The position numbers and the translations under genes were made by a program. Source: Chiloscyllium plagiosum (lineage: Eukaryota). From it: a DNA stretch of 64,000 nt. The notes beneath the pieces are model-generated. The model made no database searches, had not been told where the DNA came from, and was given only the letters and a program-made list of their open reading frames with translations. Shown here one piece after another: positions 62,264-64,000 of the stretch (positions are counted from its first letter, which is position 1; every line of letters begins with the position of its first letter). The DNA is taken from NCBI RefSeq assembly GCF_004010195.1, contig NC_057750.1:19539366-19603365 (forward strand), written 5' to 3'.

Positions 62264-64000
62264 AATTAATCTGGGGGAGTCCTGTAATAATGAAACAGCC
62301 ATTAGCCTCTGTGTGACGTTTCCGATGAGTGCCCCAGCGTGAATACTTTCCGGGCTCAGTCACAAAGTTGTCACCTCGATGTTGTATTTACGTTTTGCCA
62401 GTGACTGGGCGTTTCTTCCGCAGTGCGACTCACAGAATATGCACACTTTGCCAGCATCGAGTAATCCTGGAAAGTGGGTTAATGCGTGAGACCCAAAGCA
62501 TTGGCAGTTAAAAGGAATAAAAGCCCGGTCATTCAGATTGATCAGCTACATTTCCACACTTAACACTCAATTGCTAATTGCACGGGATTCCTTTGTGAAA
62601 GTATAAATCTGGCCCCTGAGGTTCAGTTGCACTTCGAGTGTACAGTGGCACCAAGATAATGCACGTGTACTGACAAAATTGCGCTGCAGGATCTCCTTCA
62701 TGAATGCTGCAATTGCCGTTAGCTCTACCCAATCATTTTGCTGTTTTGATGATATACATCCTTCTCTCCATTCTTTATCCACCCATCTTCCCTGCAATAC
62801 ACCAGTTTCGAGACGTGGCTACATTTCCCTCCGTCTAAAATGTTTTCTTGGCTGGAGCATTGCAGGACAAAACTCTCATTCACTTGAGAAGCCCTTAATA
62901 CAGACTGATAAGGATTATTCCTCCTTCGCTTTCCTCATACTCATCTTCTCTGAACCCATATGCTTTCTGGACTTCTCTTTTGTCCCAGTATCGTGGTGAG
63001 GCAAACAATAGCTCTCGAGTGAAGTAGAACTGATACCAATATGTCAAAAGGTTGCAATCCTCGCTTCTCACTATCTCTCACAGCATGCAAGCAAACTTAT
63101 ATATCCCCACAAGGGGTTACACAATAGTTTTTCTGAGTTGTAGATGGGGGAAAGTGTTGCAAGACTTCCGGCACCACTGCTGGGCACAACGTACACTGAT
63201 CATTCCTACATCAGCAAAATCACCATTTTCCAAACTTTGTGAATGACAATCACTGGTGCCAATGCAAATAGATGTTCGAGGGAACTTGAGCAGAGGACCA
63301 GAAGAGAAGGAAATCCGCCAATGGAAATTAATGCAGAGAAATGTCTAATGAGGAATATCATTTTCAAAGAACCTAAAAGAGCGCATGTTCTGATCACGTA
63401 CGCAGTCACACGATTAACTGCAAAGAGAGTGGTGGGCTATTTGTTACTCACAATGTGACAAGCTGCAGGAACATTGCAACCAGACAACAAAGCATGATTG
63501 CATACTGCGAGAGAGTGAGAAGAGAGGTTTGCAACTTTGTGATATATTGGTATCAGTTCTGCTTCACTAGTTGCAAGTCAGCACATTTGAACTGAAAGTT
63601 GAGAGCAAATTCTGACTTTCTGATTTTTTCTGCCTAAAGTATGTGTGCAAGATAATATAATACACGCTGCATTTATACATTGTAAAGGGTTTGTGTTACT
63701 TCTTGAAGATTTAGTGTTCCCTTGTGTTTCTAAAAAAAAATTTCCCCCCGATTCAATAAAGTGATTGTTGTACTGTATCGCAGTCTCTGCTAAATCCTCA
63801 CATCAAAGCAGTTACTTTGTTTAGTCAATAGGATACTGTTATTGGACGTTCGATTAATTGTAAGTGTAATCATCGTTTTGATTGGACCATTGTGAAACGA
63901 AGCACGCAAGCAGGCAATGCTTTAAAAATGATGTATCATGCAGATCCAAATGTAGACAGGAAGTCAAGGCAAAATTCAGGAGACAGAGAGCAAATTCGGT

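Larger units (their letters stand above)
51025..64000 (+). repeat. Tandem segmental duplication, unit B (runs off the window end)
   Basis: Begins TTAAGGATAATCCAAAGAGATT, as at 35190; the window end matches ~49685. Confidence 0.9.

Overview
Eukaryotic, repeat-dense window from a cartilaginous fish. HE1-type tRNA SINEs with (TAATC)n tails and their CR1 partner LINEs indicate an elasmobranch. There are two assembly gaps (41146-41489, 47894-48303). Left part (1-35 kb): nested retroelements, namely a degenerate 32-bp minisatellite, CR1 LINEs, HE1 SINEs, Penelope-like fragments carrying minimal hammerhead ribozymes, several solo LTRs, a tRNA-Arg pseudogene, and one decayed class I (epsilon/gamma-like) endogenous retrovirus (10005-22737). 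The provirus retains LTRs, a tRNA-Ser-like PBS, gag, pro, a 2H-phosphoesterase-like remnant, integrase and an EnvP(b)/HERV-I-type env; RT and RNase H are deleted. A small CpG-rich promoter-like island lies at about 23.3 kb. Right part (35-64 kb): a tandem segmental duplication of about 16 kb. Each unit carries a two-exon GPR139/GPR142-like class A GPCR; copy A is a pseudogene and copy B is intact (332 aa once a previously unlinked first exon is spliced on). The most interesting signals are the birth-and-death GPR139-like receptor array, the hammerhead-bearing short retroelements, the retroviral 2H-like domain, and recurrent locally templated insertions. All alignments and identities were made by eye.
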